A stretch of 63,882 bases of DNA, counting the filler. It is 16 parts of 16 records of this genome, joined end to end, with 100 filler letters (N's around TTAATTAATTAA, not from the genome) between each part and the next. Parts side by side here need not be neighbours in the genome. Positions count along the whole stretch, not along the records: positions 1 to 2,046 come from SRR11831580_4550; positions 2,147 to 6,792 come from SRR11831580_4552; positions 6,893 to 18,869 come from SRR11831580_4557; 13 more parts are not named here. The stretch is one strand, 5' to 3'. Made by a program: the position numbers and the translations under genes. This document shows, piece by piece, positions 1 to 13,548 of this stretch. Position 1 is the first letter of the stretch; every line of letters begins with the position of its first letter. Below the pieces are notes generated by a model that ran no database searches, had not been told where the DNA came from, and was given only the letters and a program-made list of their open reading frames with translations.

Positions 1-279
1 CCCCGCTTCACCCTGATGCAGCCTTTCAGCGCGAGCGGCAGCGTCATCCACCATAGACAGGATTTGCCGACTATCTGCAAGAAACTGTTTTCCTGCTGCC
101 GTCAGCAATACACTGCGATTGGTTCGTGCCAGCAGTCGGGCACCAATTTGTTGCTCCAGCGCCTGAATCTGCTGACTTAGCGGCGGTTGCGAAATATTCA
201 GGCGGGCAGCGGCGCGCCCGAAATGCAGCTCTTCCGCAACAGCAACAAAGTAACGCAGATGACGAAGTTCAATATTCAT
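1..279 (-). CDS. ynfL: LysR-family regulator YnfL, 5' part (runs off window start)
   Basis: ATG at 279 reads MNIELRHLRYFVAVAEELHFGRAAARLNISQPPLSQQI (LysR HTH); divergent from ynfM. Confidence 0.92.
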   Translation of the reverse strand, partial: MNIELRHLRYFVAVAEELHFGRAAARLNISQPPLSQQIQALEQQIGARLLARTNRSVLLTAAGKQFLADSRQILSMVDDAAARAERLHQGEAG

Positions 280-385
280 ATTTAAAACATCTTATTTGAG
301 ATTATTAATATATTAGACAGAACAATTCGATTTTCCTACCCTATGTATAAGCCTGATCTACAGGCATATTTAGCAAGGATTTCAA

Positions 386-1639
386 GTGAGCCGTACTACA
401 ACTGTTGATGGCGCTCCGGCAAGCGACACTGACAAGCAAAGCATTTCTCAGCCAAATCAATTTATTAAACGCGGTACGCCGCAATTTATGCGCGTCACCC
501 TGGCGCTGTTCTCTGCCGGACTGGCAACATTTGCACTTCTCTATTGTGTGCAGCCTATCCTTCCGGTGCTTTCGCAGGAGTTTGGCTTAACCCCCGCGAA
601 CAGTAGTATTTCACTGTCCATTTCCACGGCGATGTTGGCTATTGGTTTGCTGTTTACTGGCCCGCTATCCGATGCCATTGGTCGCAAACCAGTGATGGTC
701 ACGGCGCTACTGTTGGCCTCCATTTGTACGTTACTTTCGACAATGATGACCAGCTGGCACGGCATTTTGATTATGCGCGCCTTGATTGGGCTTTCGTTAA
801 GTGGCGTGGCAGCTGTTGGCATGACTTATCTTAGCGAGGAAATCCATCCCAGTTTCGTGGCCTTTTCAATGGGGTTGTATATCAGCGGCAACTCAATTGG
901 CGGCATGAGCGGACGCTTAATTAGCGGTGTCTTCACGGACTTTTTCAACTGGCGAATTGCTCTGGCGGCAATCGGTTGTTTCGCGCTGGCCTCGGCGTTG
1001 ATGTTCTGGAAAATCCTCCCTGAATCACGCCATTTTCGCCCGACTTCGCTGCGCCCTAAGACGTTGTTTATCAACTTTCGTCTGCACTGGCGTGACCGGG
1101 GATTACCGTTATTGTTCGCAGAAGGCTTTTTGCTGATGGGGTCGTTCGTCACGCTGTTTAATTACATCGGCTATCGGTTGATGCTCTCCCCCTGGCATGT
1201 CAGTCAGGCCGTGGTTGGCTTATTATCGCTGGCTTATTTGACCGGTACATGGAGCTCACCCAAAGCCGGAACCATGACCACCCGCTATGGGCGTGGTCCA
1301 GTGATGTTGTTTTCGACGGGGGTTATGCTGTTTGGTTTACTGATGACCTTATTCAGCTCGCTGTGGCTGATCTTTGCCGGAATGTTACTCTTCTCAGCAG
1401 GATTCTTCGCAGCCCACTCAGTAGCCAGCAGCTGGATCGGCCCCCGCGCAAAACGCGCTAAAGGCCAGGCCTCCTCGCTGTATCTGTTCAGTTACTATCT
1501 GGGGTCGAGTATTGCCGGGACGCTGGGTGGTGTTTTCTGGCATAACTATGGCTGGAACGGCGTCGGCGCATTTATTGCTCTGATGCTGGTCATTGCTCTG
1601 CTGGTCGGGACGCGTTTGCATCGTCGTCTGCACGCCTGA
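386..1639 (+). CDS. ynfM: MFS transporter YnfM
   Basis: 417-aa hydrophobic ORF with MFS motif A (GPLSDAIGRKPV); synteny with ynfL. Confidence 0.93.
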   Translation: MSRTTTVDGAPASDTDKQSISQPNQFIKRGTPQFMRVTLALFSAGLATFALLYCVQPILPVLSQEFGLTPANSSISLSISTAMLAIGLLFTGPLSDAIGRKPVMVTALLLASICTLLSTMMTSWHGILIMRALIGLSLSGVAAVGMTYLSEEIHPSFVAFSMGLYISGNSIGGMSGRLISGVFTDFFNWRIALAAIGCFALASALMFWKILPESRHFRPTSLRPKTLFINFRLHWRDRGLPLLFAEGFLLMGSFVTLFNYIGYRLMLSPWHVSQAVVGLLSLAYLTGTWSSPKAGTMTTRYGRGPVMLFSTGVMLFGLLMTLFSSLWLIFAGMLLFSAGFFAAHSVASSWIGPRAKRAKGQASSLYLFSYYLGSSIAGTLGGVFWHNYGWNGVGAFIALMLVIALLVGTRLHRRLHA

Positions 1640-1641
1640 AA

Positions 1642-1681
1642 AATAAGTCCGGACTGCGGTAAATACCCGTCCGGACTTATT
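1642..1681. terminator. Hairpin after ynfM
   Basis: AATAAGTCCGGAC...GTCCGGACTTATT 13-bp inverted repeat just after the stop. Confidence 0.7.
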
Positions 1682-1945
1682 GCCAGCTCAAACCAACGTT
1701 AATAGCCATCCTAAAATAGACGAAGCGCCAGCCAATTCCCGCAGCGCGTCTAGCGTCATCAGGATTATAAGTACCCAAATAAACGGATTCATTTTGCTGT
1801 GTGTCATTTATTACTGATGCGCAGTTATTCTACTGCTTTGTAAGTAGTAAAATAGTTAACCCGATCAAGACTACTATTATTGGTAGCTAAATTTCCCTTA
1901 AGTCACAATACGTTATTATCAACGCTGTAATTTATTCAGCGTTTG

Positions 1946-1959
1946 TACATATCGTTACA
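1946..1959 (+). promoter_or_regulatory. RstA box in the asr promoter region
   Basis: TACATATCGTTACA fits TACATNTNGTTACA; asr follows ynfM in E. coli but the contig ends before its CDS. Confidence 0.7.
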
Positions 1960-2046
1960 CGCTGAAACCAACCACTCACGGAAGTCTGCCATTCCCAGGG
2001 ATATAGTTATTTCAACGGCCCCGCAGTGGGGTTAAATGAAAAACAA

Positions 2047-2146
2047 NNNNNNNNNNNNNNNNNNNNNNNNNNNNNNNNNNNNNNNNNNNNTTAATTAATT
2101 AANNNNNNNNNNNNNNNNNNNNNNNNNNNNNNNNNNNNNNNNNNNN
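2047..2146. other. Artificial contig spacer, first of 15 (others: 6793-6892, 18870-18969, 23841-23940, 26689-26788, 29511-29610, 32415-32514, 34775-34874, 40044-40143, 42515-42614, 44681-44780, 47535-47634, 52784-52883, 54940-55039, 60090-60189)
   Basis: Identical 100-nt N44-TTAATTAATTAA-N44 units with stops in six frames; flanking genes come from unrelated loci. Confidence 0.99.
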
Positions 2147-2709
2147 CACCGTTAGTGGCACGGCTTGATCAGATGATGGAGAGCGTCTCCCAGCTGCTGC
2201 AACTGGCGCGTGCCGGACAGTCATTTTCTTCCGGTAATTATCAACATGTAAAACTGCTGGAAGATGTCATTCTCCCCTCGTATGACGAACTCAGTACCAT
2301 GCTCGACCAGCGACAGCAAACCCTGCTATTGCCAGAGAGCGCCGCCGACATCACCGTTCAGGGTGATGCAACCCTGCTGCGGATGTTATTGCGAAACCTG
2401 GTAGAAAACGCCCATCGTTACAGCCCGCAAGGCAGCAACATTATGATTAAGCTGCAAGAAGATGACGGAGCGGTCATGGCAGTTGAAGATGAAGGACCAG
2501 GTATTGATGAGAGTAAATGCGGGGAGTTGAGTAAAGCGTTTGTACGTATGGACAGCCGTTATGGCGGGATTGGTCTGGGATTAAGTATTGTCAGCCGCAT
2601 TACACAGTTGCATCACGGGCAGTTTTTCCTGCAAAACCGGCAAGAGACTTCCGGCACGCGGGCCTGGGTACGGCTGAAGAAAGATCAGTACGTGGCAAAC
2701 CAGATATAA
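2147..2709 (+). CDS. basS: Sensor histidine kinase BasS (PmrB), 3' part
   Basis: HATPase boxes [21 protein letters not shown]; next to pmrR and proP. Confidence 0.92.
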
Positions 2710-2774
2710 AGAAAGCTGCTGACCACCAGCACGCTGAACACGGTAGTTAAACTTTCATAAACACGGTTTTTCAT
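2685..2774 (-). CDS. pmrR: Small membrane peptide PmrR (29 aa)
   Basis: Translates to [36 protein letters not shown]; overlaps basS 3' end. Confidence 0.88.
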   Translation of the reverse strand: MKNRVYESLTTVFSVLVVSSFLYIWFATY

Positions 2775-2818
2775 TGCACTCTCCTCCGTTAACCTGGAGG
2801 AGAGTATGCGCGTCAGAG

Positions 2819-2835
2819 ATTAAGTGAACCTTAAG
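2819..2835 (-). promoter_or_regulatory. BasR/PmrA box upstream of pmrR
   Basis: CTTAAGGTTCACTTAAT direct repeat on the minus strand. Confidence 0.65.
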
Positions 2836-2845
2836 AGTTCAATTG

Positions 2846-2873
2846 GCCTGATAAGACAGCGTCACATCAGGCC
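2846..2873. terminator. REP-like hairpin after proP
   Basis: GGCCTGAT...ATCAGGCC inverted repeat. Confidence 0.55.
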
Positions 2874-2885
2874 ATCCGTTTCAGC

Positions 2886-4387
2886 TTATTCATCAATTCG
2901 CGGATGTTGCTGCACCAGGCGGGTACGTTTCGCCTGCAAATCGGCAATCTCGTGGTCAATATCATCGATTTTCTGCTCGATATTATCGTAATGCTCGACG
3001 AGAATTTCCTTCGCTTCCTGTATATCTGACGCCGCCGGTGTCGCACCTTTCAACGGACGATTTGCCGTCTCTTTCATGGTTACGCCGGTGATTAAACCAA
3101 CCACCGCCACTACCATCAGGTAATAGGCAGGCATCATCAGATTCTGCGAGCTTTCGACCAGCCAGGCCGCCAGCGTTGGCGTCAGACCGGCAACCAGCAC
3201 CGAAATATTAAATGCCGCCGCCAGCGCGCTGTAACGGATATGCGTCGGGAACATCGCTGGCAAGGTAGAAGCCATAACGCCCGTAAAGCAGTTAAGGATC
3301 ACCGCCAGCATCAGTAACCCGGCAAAAATCAGGCCGATGACGTTACTGTTAATCAGAATAAACGCCGGGATCGCCAACACAAACAGGGCAACACTACCAA
3401 GTAGCACAAACGGACGACGGCCAAAACGGTCACTCAGCAAGCCCATCACCGGCTGGACAAACAGCATACCGATCATAATGGCGATAATAATCAGCACCCC
3501 GTGGTCTTCGGAGTAATGCAGGTTATGCGACAAATAACTCGGCATATAGGTCAGCAACATGTAGTAAGTCACGTTGGTGGCAATTACCAGACCAATACAT
3601 GTCAACAGGCTGCGCCAGTATTTAGTGGCAATCTCTTTAAACGAGACTTTCGGGCCATCCTGCAAACCTTCACGGTCGCCCTGTTCCAGTTTATCGACAT
3701 GCTGCTGGAACGCCGGAGTCTCTTCCAGCGCATGGCGCAGGTAAAGCCCGATAATCCCTAACGGCAGAGCGATAAAGAACGGAATACGCCAGCCCCAATC
3801 GAGGAAGTTCGCTTCGCCGACAATGGTCGAAATTAACACCACCACGCCCGCACCCAGCACAAACCCGGCAATAGAACCGAAGTCCAGCCAGCTGCCCATA
3901 AAGCCACGTTTACGGTCAGGGGAGTATTCCGCAACAAATATCGACGCCCCGGTATATTCACCGCCGACCGAGAAACCTTGTGCCATCTTACAGATCAACA
4001 GCAGAATCGGTGCCCAAATACCAATCGTGTCGTAGGACGGTATTAAGCCAATACAGAACGTACTGATCGACATAATCACAATAGTGATAGCGAGGATCTT
4101 CTGGCGACCATATTTATCGCCCAACATACCAAAGAAGAGTCCGCCAAGCGGTCGAATCAGAAAGGGAACGGAGAAAGTGGCAAGTGCAGCAACCATCTGC
4201 ACGCTGGGGTCAGCCCCCGGGAAAAAAACTTTACCTAATGCGTAAGCAACAAAACCATAAACACCAAAATCGAACCATTCCATTGCATTACCCAGTGATG
4301 CTGCGGTAATGGCTTTACGCAGTTTACCGTCATCAATAATGGTGACATCACGAAGGGTAATCGGTTTTACTTTTTCCTTTTCAGCAT
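2886..4387 (-). CDS. proP: Proline/betaine:H+ symporter ProP; apparent -1 frameshift near the start
   Basis: MFS protein with C-terminal coiled coil; ATG at 4387 (MLKRK) is 1 nt out of frame across the T5 run at 4371-4375. Confidence 0.95.
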
Positions 4388-4650
4388 AGCTTTCCTCGCA
4401 GAGTTGGCCCATTTCCGCAAACGCCAGAAAAATCAGCGCGACGGCCGCAAAAGGGGAGCGGGAATTGCAGGATGCAATCTCTGTAACAAGCGTAGCGGGT
4501 TTGCTTACACCCTCCGGTTAAGGAATGTACAATCAAACCAGTTGACGCCTGAATTGGGCAGTTAATGACCTTTTTACCCTACCAGTGTTTAAATTTGTGA
4601 TCAACTTCACACATGGATTTCGTTTAGGACTCATTGATGTAACTGATTAT

Positions 4651-5530
4651 TTACGCCAAATTTACAGAGAAGATTTCCTCGAGCATTGCCCCCGCCAGAC
4701 GCTGCGCTGAACAGAGTCGTGGCATCCCCAGCGCGACAGTTTGCCAGCGTTGGGTCACTGACCAGCAAACGGGTTGTTTATCTGCCGTGGTCCACTTTCC
4801 CAGCCAACTTAAAAAATCAGCATGCTCCCCGCCCGTCGGAACGGTCGAAGAGGCAAACCACTGATGGTAATAGTGACGCGTGGTCGGTGCCGCATTGATA
4901 CTCTCTGCCAGATGTTGTGTCGCTTTCTCGAGCAAATCACCCAGCAACAACGCCACCGCTTGCGGGCTTCCCAGACGGCAGGCATCGCCAAACTGCCCCC
5001 CAGCGCAACTCCTCCAGAACGATAAAACAGCGCCCAGGCAACGACCAGGCGTTATACGCCCCAGCACGCCAGCGGGTAAAAATTTGCTCGCTCTGATCAC
5101 CTGCCTGCACCAGTAGGCCTCGTTGCGTTAACGCCTTTTCCTTCCAGCGACAACGGGCTGAAAACCACTCATACAAGGCGGCAATTTGCTGGGGGAGCTC
5201 CGGGAAAGCAGAGTGCTGGCGGTGATCCATTTTTTGCAGCAGCGCCAGATGCTGCGCGATCTGCGTCAGTGCCAGATGACCGGGATCCAGCATCGACGCC
5301 AGTTTTTCCACCAATGTCAGACGCAGGCTAAGCGGCGCATTTAACATGCCGCCGTTCGTCCATGTCTGAAGCTGCACACGCGAAAGAAGTTCCTGCATCA
5401 GTCGTTCACGAAACTGCTGCTGATGGGCTTGTGGAAGGCGGGCATCATCACCCTGCGCCAGATCCACTAAAAAGCGGGGATAAACCGACTCCAGCACGCG
5501 ACCGGGGCCGTCAAGTAACGTCTTGGTCAA
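4651..5530 (-). CDS. yjcZ: YjcZ, split by an apparent +1 frameshift near 4993
   Basis: Two overlapping ORFs join as ...ELRWGA/FGDACRLG...; the 880-nt span is 3n+1. Confidence 0.85.
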
Positions 5531-6792
5531 TATCGTTCTGCCGTGAAAAGTGTTTGAATATCATCGCGTAACAGCTGGGCGTCGGTGTAAATCCAGCCGT
5601 GAGTCATCACAGTCTGCTGCAATTGCTGCTGCATCAGCCTGACCACCGATTCATTTTGTTGACGCAGAGCCAGACTTTCGCGTAAACGCGTCTGTAATTC
5701 CGTCAAACATGAAGCGAACTCAGCGAAAAAAGTATTCATGCCTGCCGTAACAGATTCATCGACCTGCTCTGCCAGAACTTTAGCCATTTGTTGGCAATAG
5801 AGATCGACTTCTGCGCTTAATGCTCGTTGCAACACACTGTAATCAACCGTTTCTGTCGGTGATTTCTCATTTCCCCGTCCCCAGTCGGGCTGATTCAACC
5901 AGCGCGAAAAAGTCTCACGCACAACGCCTAAACGCGTGCTCTGCTCGTCCGTTGCTTCCTGGCGCGAAATGACTTCACTGAACAGCTGGCGAGTGTTGAA
6001 GTGGGGAACTACGCCGTGAAAAACAGGAAAATGAAACCCAGGACGAAACCCTGACTCGCTCAATTCCATTTTGACTTGTTGCTCAATGGGGCGAATAACA
6101 TCGGTTAACACCCGGCAAAGGGTGGATTCAAGCTCGGCAAAACGCAGCGTAAAGTCGCGACTGATGGTGTTCTGCGCCGTCTGTAACAGTGTCTCACAGC
6201 GGGTACGAATCTCGCTTAACGGCTCCGAATCATCCTGAAACAAGGCGGCTAACTGCACCTTCAGCGCATCTTGCTGTTGACGCAGAAAGTGGTTGGCGGA
6301 GGTCAGGGCCAGCTCGATTTCATGTTTAATCTCGCCGCTCACCTGCGCCTGATTGAGTTGCAATAGCTGCAAACTTTCTTCGATCTGGTGGATATTTTGC
6401 CGCAATTGTTCACAAGCGACGTTTAACCCGTGCGCACGAAAATCCAGGTATTCCCGCGCCTGCTGCGCGTAATTCAACAGTTTATGCGCGGCAGATCGCA
6501 GAGCATACAACGAGGCGTTAGCGTAAGCGGCATGAAGCAACGCCTGAATTGGCTGGGCGAACAGCGAATCTTCCCACAACTGATCGGCAGCATGACGAAT
6601 ATGTTCGAGGTCCGCCAGATCGGCATGACGCCAGCGCCTGCCAAGCGCGGCATGGGCAAAATCTTCCACCCAGCGTTGTTGCTCTGGCGGTGGTAACTTA
6701 CCGTTGTTGGCTAACTCATAGCGCGCCCGATTCGCCAGGTAGCCCCACATCGACGACACCGGAAATATCTGCTGTGGCGTAATACAGCCTTT
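5527..6792 (-). CDS. crfC: Dynamin-like protein CrfC (YjdA), 3' part
   Basis: Helical C-terminal region containing QLF; stop overlaps the yjcZ start; synteny with proP. Confidence 0.85.
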   Translation of the reverse strand, partial: KGCITPQQIFPVSSMWGYLANRARYELANNGKLPPPEQQRWVEDFAHAALGRRWRHADLADLEHIRHAADQLWEDSLFAQPIQALLHAAYANASLYALRSAAHKLLNYAQQAREYLDFRAHGLNVACEQLRQNIHQIEESLQLLQLNQAQVSGEIKHEIELALTSANHFLRQQQDALKVQLAALFQDDSEPLSEIRTRCETLLQTAQNTISRDFTLRFAELESTLCRVLTDVIRPIEQQVKMELSESGFRPGFHFPVFHGVVPHFNTRQLFSEVISRQEATDEQSTRLGVVRETFSRWLNQPDWGRGNEKSPTETVDYSVLQRALSAEVDLYCQQMAKVLAEQVDESVTAGMNTFFAEFASCLTELQTRLRESLALRQQNESVVRLMQQQLQQTVMTHGWIYTDAQLLRDDIQTLFTAERY

Positions 6793-6892
6793 NNNNNNNN
6801 NNNNNNNNNNNNNNNNNNNNNNNNNNNNNNNNNNNNTTAATTAATTAANNNNNNNNNNNNNNNNNNNNNNNNNNNNNNNNNNNNNNNNNNNN

Positions 6893-7268
6893 AAGTCACA
6901 TCGGTGACCACCAGGCAATCGAGAATGTGCTGGCTGTCGGCCAACGCCACTGCTGTCATCACCTGATGGGTCTGACCCGATAATTTGCGCAACATCTGCG
7001 CCGCATGCTCTGCGTCGCGCGGTTTCTCCAGCACTTCTCCGTTCAGGATAACGATAGTATCCGCACCCAGCACCGGGAGATCCTTCGCCGTTTGCGCGAC
7101 ACCTGCCCGTGCTTTCTCGCGCGCCAGACGCACAACATACTGCTGCGCGCTCTCCTGCGGCTGACGCTGCTCCTCAATGCCCGTAACAATACGTTCAAAG
7201 GTCACGCCAAGTTGCGCAAGTAACTCCTGACGACGCGGAGAACCGGAAGCTAAATACAGAGAAGTCAT
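6893..7268 (-). CDS. yhdE: Maf-family nucleotide pyrophosphatase YhdE, 5' part
   Basis: [14 protein letters not shown] and GADTIV Maf motifs. Confidence 0.93.
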
Positions 7269-7276
7269 AGAAACCT

Positions 7277-8868
<1,592 letters not shown>

Positions 8869-8933
8869 AAGTTATGCGTATTCTCGTATCAGACCAGGCA
8901 GGGTAAACAGACACTTCCCCTGCCTGCATCCGA

Positions 8934-10103
<1,170 letters not shown>

Positions 10104-10281
10104 TTACAAATCTCTGCCTGAGTCCAGAAAGGCTTAATGCATCAGCAGCATTCCTCGCCTGTTTGCAACCGCGTAAGGTCATTCATCTGCATATGTGCTG
10201 CAACAATCTGGCGAGCAGACAAGCACACTCCCATGAGACGCAGCGCGCATTATTCTACGTGAAAACGGATTAAACGGCAGG

Positions 10282-12221
10282 TTAAACCGAGTATCTTTGT
10301 GAATATTTTTCACGTTAGTATCAAGTGGCTGTGAGGACGCGAAAAAATCCCCTTGCCCGCCTGTAACACCGCGCTGAATCAGGGTCTGCCACTCGCTTCG
10401 CGAACGCACGCCGGTGGCGTAAACCTGGGTGCTGGTCCCGGAGCAGGCTTCCACCAGGCTTTGAACCAGCAGCTGGTTCTCCGTTCGCTTCTCAATGTTT
10501 CTGACCAGCCCCGGATGGAGCTTGAGTAACTCAACATTAAGTTCTTTGATCCAACTGGTACTTACCAGCGTCAAACCAGCCTGGTTGACGGCTACCCGTA
10601 CCCCTAAAGCATTCACTAAACGAATAACAGGTTGTAAACGACTGATATGTTGACCTACATCGGCCTCTGCAAGTTCAATAATTATGCGTTTTCGTTGTGA
10701 TTTTTCACATTGCATTAACGTATCGCGCAGCCAACGCTGAAAACGCGGGCGAATCAGCGACTCAACGGTAACCTGAATCGCCAGATTTTCCTCTGGCCAG
10801 TAACGCAATAGTGGAATAAGACGGCTGATTTGCAGACGGTCATACTCTTCCGATAAGCCAAACTGCAAGACCATCGGCATATACTCCGCCGAGCTAACCT
10901 CTTCATTACCATCGAAGATGCGGCACATGAGTTCGCGATGATGAACCTGACCTTCGCGAGTAACCGCCGGTTTTTGATAAAGGCGCGGGCCGCCGCGACT
11001 GAGCATTTGCTCGATAAGCGTACGCCAGCGAACATTACCGCGTCCTTTTTCAGGCAACGAGTCATCGTAAATAGCCCAGCTATTGCCGCCCTGCAATCCC
11101 GCATTACGCGTGGCAGACTCTGCATGTTCCATTACCTGCTCGGTATCCTGACCACTACGCCAGGCGCAGATACCAATGTGGATCATATCGTCGCGATCGA
11201 GCATTTTATTGTTCGGCAAGGTATCAACGGCTTTGATTAACTGACCGGCGATGCTCTCTGCCTCTTTTAACGTCCGGTGCGGTAACAGCGCAGCAAAATC
11301 ACTGCGGTGGTAACGCGCCAGCAGTGCGCCAGGGTAGCGCATCATAAATGTCGACAGCAGATTCGTCAGAGTGAAGAACTGTTCTTCAACCTGGCTGTGC
11401 CCCCAGGTATCGCTCAACATATTGAAATCCGGCAGACGAATCATCATCACGATCCCGTGGGTACCTACTTTCTCCTGATCTTCCAGTAACGTTGCTAACT
11501 GATTATCGAAAAAGAGTCGGTTATTGAGGCCGGTTTTCACGTCCTGGGCGGCATAAGAGCGGATCAGCGTATCAAGACGGCTGTGTTGTTCGCGTGCGTT
11601 CTGAATTTCACGAAGCAGCGTATCCAGCGCACTGCTGGTTCTGGGCGGCCATTCATAGATGGTTCCCAACACATTAGAGCCACGCTCACCGTTTAAGATA
11701 CGAGTAGCCCGGGTTTCCAGCAATTCTTGCCCGGCAAGTTGCCGTTGTAACCAGCGTACCGCCAGGAAGAGCATAACAATGATAAAGCCAATCGCCCCCG
11801 TGAGCGGCGCGGTGGTCATCAACGAATGGAAATAGTTGCCCATCGGATCCTGATAAACCAGACGCAACGACATCCCCGGATGCTTTATCAACGGAACGCT
11901 CAGTTCGCGAAACAGATCGCTGGAGCCAACTGGACGATAACTACCATTTCTGGCCAGGGTATAAACCTGTTTATCACCATGGAGCAGGTCTACACGAACG
12001 ATATCTGCCGACATCATTAATTCGGTAATTTGTGGCCTTAATACGCTGAAGTCATTCGACACAAGGTGGGTATCAATCGCCGTCGCCACCGCCTGAACGC
12101 GATGACTAAACTTATACTGAATGGCGTTGTAGAAACTTAGCGAACAGCCCAGCAAAGTCACAAAAATTGTTAACCCGGTGAGCAGCGTAACAAAGGCCGA
12201 AAATTTCGTCGTTAATCTCAT
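10282..12221 (-). CDS. csrD: CsrD (degenerate GGDEF-EAL regulator of CsrB/C decay); apparent -1 frameshift near the 3' end
   Basis: HRSDF and ELM degenerate motifs; native ending YSQRYSV* is 1 nt out of frame across the T5 run at 10306-10310. Confidence 0.93.
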
Positions 12222-12372
12222 CCTTGTGTTAACTCCGATAGTGAGGAAGCGGGCATACTAGCAAATCAGATTTATCTCGCAATTTATTGCGCTTCATCGG
12301 CTTTGCTTTTCCATTAGCGAGTATAGTCTTCAGAAATTATTTTCCAATCCATCATGCACATGAGGACCACTT

Positions 12373-13347
12373 ATGCAGGCGTTACTTTTAGAACAGCAGG
12401 ACGGCAAAACTCTCGCATCAGTACAGACTCTGGACGAAAGTCGCCTGCCGGAGGGCGATGTCACGGTCGATGTTCACTGGTCGAGCCTGAACTATAAAGA
12501 TGCGCTGGCGATTACCGGTAAGGGAAAAATCATCCGTAATTTTCCGATGATTCCTGGGATCGATTTTGCCGGAACTGTACGCACCAGCGAAGATCCGCGT
12601 TTTCATGCCGGTCAGGAGGTGTTACTCACTGGCTGGGGCGTTGGTGAAAACCACTGGGGTGGGCTGGCGGAGCAGGCGCGAGTGAAAGGTGACTGGCTGG
12701 TTGCCATGCCGCAAGGGCTGGACGCGCGTAAAGCAATGATTATCGGTACTGCCGGTTTTACCGCCATGCTGTGTGTGATGGCGCTGGAAGATGCCGGTGT
12801 TCGCCCGCAGGACGGGGAGATTGTCGTGACGGGTGCCAGTGGTGGCGTCGGCAGTACCGCCGTGGCGCTGCTGCATAAGTTGGGTTATCAGGTCGTTGCC
12901 GTTTCCGGTCGCGAAAGTACCCATGAATATCTGAAAAGTTTAGGTGCTAGCCGTGTTCTCCCTCGTGATGAGTTTGCCGAATCCCGTCCTCTGGAAAAAC
13001 AAGTCTGGGCTGGGGCAATTGACACCGTTGGCGACAAAGTGCTGGCAAAAGTGCTGGCGCAAATGAATTACGGCGGCTGCGTGGCGGCCTGTGGTCTGGC
13101 GGGTGGTTTTACTCTGCCAACCACGGTCATGCCATTTATTCTGCGTAATGTCCGTTTGCAAGGGGTGGATTCAGTAATGACGCCACCAGAACGCCGCGCA
13201 CAAGCCTGGCAGCGACTGGTCGCCGATTTACCGGAATCATTCTATACCCAGGCGGCAAAAGAGATATCTCTGTCAGAGGCACCGAACTTTGCCGAGGCCA
13301 TCATTAATAACCAGATCCAGGGTCGCACGCTGGTGAAGGTTAACTAA
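12373..13347 (+). CDS. acuI: Acrylyl-CoA reductase AcuI (YhdH)
   Basis: MDR family; GASGGVGS nucleotide-binding motif. Confidence 0.94.
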   Translation: MQALLLEQQDGKTLASVQTLDESRLPEGDVTVDVHWSSLNYKDALAITGKGKIIRNFPMIPGIDFAGTVRTSEDPRFHAGQEVLLTGWGVGENHWGGLAEQARVKGDWLVAMPQGLDARKAMIIGTAGFTAMLCVMALEDAGVRPQDGEIVVTGASGGVGSTAVALLHKLGYQVVAVSGRESTHEYLKSLGASRVLPRDEFAESRPLEKQVWAGAIDTVGDKVLAKVLAQMNYGGCVAACGLAGGFTLPTTVMPFILRNVRLQGVDSVMTPPERRAQAWQRLVADLPESFYTQAAKEISLSEAPNFAEAIINNQIQGRTLVKVN

Positions 13348-13383
13348 CCATTTAGCAGGGAATAATAAGAGAGGGAACTCATT

Positions 13384-13548
13384 TTGAAATCATTATTCAA
13401 TCGGTTAACGGGAAAAGCGGTTAGCCGGACAGCTTTCGTCGAACACCTTGGTCAGGAAGTTATACAACATCATCCAAACTGGAAAGTCATGATTTCGACT
13501 GACCACAAATTGATGCGCATTGATACTCCACTAAACAGCTATTATTGA
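13384..13548 (+). CDS. Putative 54-aa small protein
   Basis: TTG start after GAGGGA; MKSLFNRLTGKAVSRTAF...PLNSYY*; no homology recognised. Confidence 0.3.
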   Translation: MKSLFNRLTGKAVSRTAFVEHLGQEVIQHHPNWKVMISTDHKLMRIDTPLNSYY

